Assembly (NCBI RefSeq): GCF_035594765.1
Contig: NC_085842.1
Location: 78,344,782 to 78,408,781, forward strand
Direction of reading: 5' to 3'
DNA from: Anolis carolinensis
Taxonomy: Eukaryota
Length of the DNA stretch: 64,000 bases
Part shown: piece after piece, positions 59,659 to 64,000 of the stretch
Numbering within the stretch: the first letter of the stretch is position 1
How the letters are laid out: the number at the start of each line of letters is the position of its first letter
Made by a program: the position numbers and the translations under genes
The notes under the pieces: generated by a model
Told to the model about the DNA's origin: nothing
Seen by the model: only the letters and a program-made list of their open reading frames with translations
The model's database searches: none

Positions 59659-59948
59659 ATTATCTTCCTTTCTTCCTCCTGTAGCCCTGGGCACTAAGAC
59701 ACCTGTTGTCATTAGTAGGGATTTATAATTTTTACTATGTTCCAGAATTCATGTTCTATGAGCATTTCCTGTCGGGTTTGTGAGAGTGGCTGATCCTCCT
59801 GAGCACCATCATTTTCAAAACCTAGCTCTGTGTTTTGAGCTGGATAGGAAGGGTATCTGAAGGGAAAGGGGCTGTCCTTTTACGCTTCTTAAGAAAAGGC
59901 ATTTATAGTTCATCTAACTGCGTCACTTTTATCCTGTTTTGCCTGCAG

Positions 59949-60050
59949 GGATAAAGGAATGAAGTACATGGTTGGCAAGAGCTGGCGGGACCTTTTCGAC
60001 ATGGTCATTGTGCAAGCAGATAAGCCCAACTTCTTCACTGACAGGCGCAA
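59949..60050 (+). CDS. NT5DC2: NT5DC2 exon 9 ([33 protein letters not shown])
   Basis: AG/GT boundaries; KP.FF motif III. Confidence 0.94.
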
Positions 60051-60953
60051 GTATGTTTCAGAATTATATTACAGTAAGGGTTCAGTGGTGGGCTTCTGTT
60101 GGTGGAATGGCAGAATCCAGGACAACAGGGAGGGAAAGCAGTTCTCCACTGAAGCCCTCCTTCCTACAATGATTCTAGGAAAGGAACAGGTTGAGTCATT
60201 GGGATTGAAGGAGAGAAGATTTCAAAGATTCAACAAATAATTTTGTTCAGTCCCCTATTCTTTTGCTCAAACCTAGAAAGAATATGTAAAGAGACAGTAG
60301 TTTCCTAAATTGCCAGTGCATATTCTGAATGCCTGTATCCCATGTAATTAGTGGGGCAAGGTTAGAAATGCAGCAGTCACAGGTAAGCGTTGTGACAGAA
60401 GGAAAGAGGAATCAATTAAATGTTGGACTGTTTAATGCAGTTTTTAATGGTAGTCTTTCTGCAAAGGAAATGTAAAAATACTTCTGAACACCTAAGCATT
60501 TTGTTTAACTTTTGAAAGTATATTTCTTTAAGCACGGTGGGCTTACTTTTAAGATGATGAGTGGCTTTTTATATAATCAGAATCTGCTTAACTCAGCTAA
60601 AGTTGCTTTTGCTAAAAATTCTTTGTCTTTTCAGACATATTAACTTCAGACCTAGCATACATTTCAAATCCATAATAATCTCTGTAACATTAGCAATTGA
60701 AGGACTGTTGTACTTGTGTATTTATTGTGTATGACTGGGGGTTGGACTTAGTGGCCCTTGTGGTCATTTTCCATTCTTAAGATGTCATGATAAACAGGGT
60801 GCCAACTAAACAAAATTAGGAAAAGGTATGGTAAAAATATCCTGTAGTGAAAACATCATTAAAGACATTCTTCTGAAACATGGTTATAGATTTTCTGCTA
60901 AGAATCACTAAAAACTTGCAGACATGTCATAGGAGTTCTTTGACTTGTTGTAG

Positions 60954-61035
60954 ACCTTTTAGAAAAATGGATGAGGAAGGTTCACTTCATTGGGATAAAA
61001 TAAGCAAATTGGAAAAAGGAAAAATCTACAAACAG
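60954..61035 (+). CDS. NT5DC2: NT5DC2 exon 10 ([27 protein letters not shown])
   Basis: AG/GT boundaries; conserved peptide. Confidence 0.93.
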
Positions 61036-62274
61036 GTAAAATTATTTAAACCATATCTACTTATTTTATTATTTCAGTGTGGTTGATGGTTGAATTTTCT
61101 GGATGTGCTGTGAAGCATGAAAAAATAGTCTTGCCTGCTTCTAATATGTTTCTTTAAACCTTGTTAAGTGGCCTCTGTATTTCCAGTTGCTGAAACCACT
61201 TATTTTAAAGAACTACTATGCAAATATGCCTTAGAATAAAAGCTAATGTTGACTAGTCTCTGATGAGAGATGTAATTATTCATCTTTATTATGAATGGGT
61301 TTCTTTTCTAAGTGAGAGCACTGGTTCAAACCAAGCTCTGAATTTTGTTAAGGTCAAAGTGTGTCAGTGCCGAGTTGACATGATTTGGGGCATAGCAGTT
61401 TCATGCCAGTTATGTAGGATCCAGGATTTATTTTGTCAATTGAAATCAATAAGATAAGTTAATCATTGCTTACTTGAATCAAATGGCTTTCTTTGGATCT
61501 ACTCTATGACTAAACCTGGATGTAGTGTCATCCAAAGGTATTACACAGCCAAAATATGAATAAATGTCTCCAGGTTTTCTTAATTGAATTCTGTGGGAAT
61601 TAATCTGGGAAAAGAGGAAAGGTTTTACAGACTTGTAACTAATCTAATACATGTCCTACATATGCAAAAGATCCAATTGGGAATTACTTTGGTCTGTTTG
61701 TATCGCTTCCAACTGCCTTTATTGCAAGACTTTGACGTAGAAATCAGCAAGTTAAAAAATTCCCAGTTTCAGTGTGAGCACTAAATTACTGCTTAGCAAG
61801 GGTTGATTTTGAGTTTCCACTGAACCCGTCAGTTCTTATGTCACAGTGGTGAGTTTCCTAATGTTTGAACTGCCATTTAAACAGGAAAAAGTGGCAATCT
61901 TATACCAGGAGTAGGCAACTTCTGTGATCCTTACAAGATTCTTGTGAGGATAAAATAAACAGGAGCCTGAGATACCATTCAACTATAAATCTGGCTATTT
62001 ATGACCCAGGAAACGGGCAAGATATTAAATTGTATAGCTAATGGGATTACAAATTTGACTTTGAAAAGTTCCAATTTTTCCTAATTTGACAAAGTTCCCG
62101 TGAGAACTCCTTAAGCCTTTAGCCATGGAAATGTATTAAATAAGCAGCTTAGTATGAACAAATGTTTTTCCTTTGTTTCCTTGGCTCACCAGGAAAATCA
62201 AAGTACTTCGAGGCTTATTTTTTTGACCTTTTCAAGGAAGGCGTGTGGTGTTTTTTCTTTCAAAAAGAAATTGA

Positions 62275-62472
<198 letters not shown>

Positions 62473-63259
62473 TAGAATCTAAGGAAAGTTTCCTTTATTC
62501 CCCTTCCATTGTATTGATCAGCAACATACATTTGTAGTAGGGAACATTCTAAACTTTATGGTTTTGTTTCTTCCTCTTCTGTGTGGTAACAACTGTTAAA
62601 AAGCTGCTTTTTCCATTCACCTATTTCTGACCAGTGATAGGACTAACTAATCAATATCAAAAGAGTTCTCAGTTAAATTTAACATTTTCTGAAGAAAAAG
62701 GGCAATTTAATTGCCTCTTAAACTTGATTGAGCTAAGATACTTGAAAGCAAATTAATTGTAGAATTAATTAATAAATTCTAGAATGTTCAGTCAAGTAAC
62801 TTAAATCAACCAATGTTATGTTTCCCAGCTGGTTCTGTAATACATGTAAATGGCTTTTGGAATCTTGGGTTTGTTTGTTGTTTTAAAAAAGCATGATTGC
62901 AGCATGATAATTTAGCTAATTCTGAGGTCAAAAGATTAAAAGAAGCCAAATAATGCTATGAGCAGCATGAAAGGCTGGACCAGAGGGTCTTCTTTGCATG
63001 CAGGTGGCCCTTCTGTATTATATGCCAGAGATTCCTCATTTGTCCTTTTGAAAACTGAAGTTCATGTAACTGCGTTAAAAGCATATGGAGCTTAACTCTA
63101 AACTTCTATGGAAGAGAAAAAGTGTGTGTATGTATATATAATTTTTTCTTTCTCCCTTTTATCTTTTATTTTTCCTACTTTTCTTCATCATTATGTTCCC
63201 CCACTTTCACTGTATTGGAAAACATTCGTGGGCGCAACTACCTATTTACTATTTACTTT

Positions 63260-63392
63260 NNNNNNNNNNNNNNNNNNNNNNNNNNNNNNNNNNNNNNNNN
63301 NNNNNNNNNNNNNNNNNNNNNNNNNNNNNNNNNNNNNNNNNNNNNNNNNNNNNNNNNNNNNNNNNNNNNNNNNNNNNNNNNNNNNNNNNNNN
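63260..63392. other. Assembly gap (N run)
   Basis: Run of N. Confidence 1.
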
Positions 63393-63627
63393 TAAACAAA
63401 TAAAAATATCATTGAAAACTGAAGTTCTTAACCAAAGGGCATTTTCTGGGGTTCACATGGGAATCAGTAAACCAAAGAAAGGGGAAGATTAAGAGAATAT
63501 AACAGAGGAGAAAGGGAAGGAAAAGGATTTGGGTATGGTGGATGAGAGATGGAAATTTCAAAAATGTAGATGGTATTTTCCACCTTCCTTCTGATATGAA
63601 TGTTAGTGCCAGCTTTGGACTAAAACT

Positions 63628-63935
63628 TGGCGGTGGCGAAGTGTGTTAAAGCACTGAGCTGCTGGACTTGCAGACCGAAAGGTCCCAGGTTCAAACCCCC
63701 GGAGCGGCATGAGCTCCCGCTGTTAGCTCCATCTTCTGCCAACCTAGCAGTTCGAAAACATGCCAATGTGAGTAGATCCGGCAGGAAGGTAACGGCGCTC
63801 CATGCAGTCATGCTGGCCACATGAACTTGGAGGTGTCTACAGACAACGCTGGCTCTTCGGCTTAGAAATGGAAATGAACACCAACCCCCAGAGTCAGACA
63901 TGAATGGACTTAACATCAGGGGAAAACATTTACCT
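63628..63935 (+). mobile_element. Sauria SINE
   Basis: tRNA-like head with box B GGTTCAAACC; body matches 42071-42385. Confidence 0.85.
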
Positions 63936-64000
63936 TAACAATTATATATTTCATCCTTCTTACATAATTGAATTAGCTTTTTGGCACATTAATAATTAAC

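Noticed and set aside
63108-63492. ORFs spanning X residues
   Set aside because: Artefacts of the assembly gap.

Overview
Squamate reptile genomic DNA, probably Anolis (inferred from Sauria SINEs, Penelope, Vingi and BovB-type repeats). It holds the syntenic block PBRM1 (last 7 coding exons, +), SMIM4/UQCC5 (-) and NT5DC2 (exons 1-11, +, continuing past the window). (1) A complete DIRS1-type tyrosine-recombinase retrotransposon (~4973-16130) sits ~125 bp downstream of a cassette-type PBRM1 exon. Its gag is split by a young LINE-1 with intact ORF1/ORF2 and a perfect 17-bp TSD. A frameshift near 13945 fuses RT/RNaseH to the recombinase and strands the methylase-like domain. (2) An intact, intronless, diverged PSME3/PA28gamma retrogene (29809-30552) lies between SMIM4 and NT5DC2. 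It appears to use the CpG/CCAAT promoter head-to-head with SMIM4 and has an altered activation loop and C-terminal basic motif. (3) Also present: an internally deleted BEL-type LTR element, Penelope remnants with minimal hammerhead cores, a twin-primed Vingi nested in an L2, an R4/Dong fragment, MITEs and SINEs. Homology calls are from recalled sequences, not database searches.
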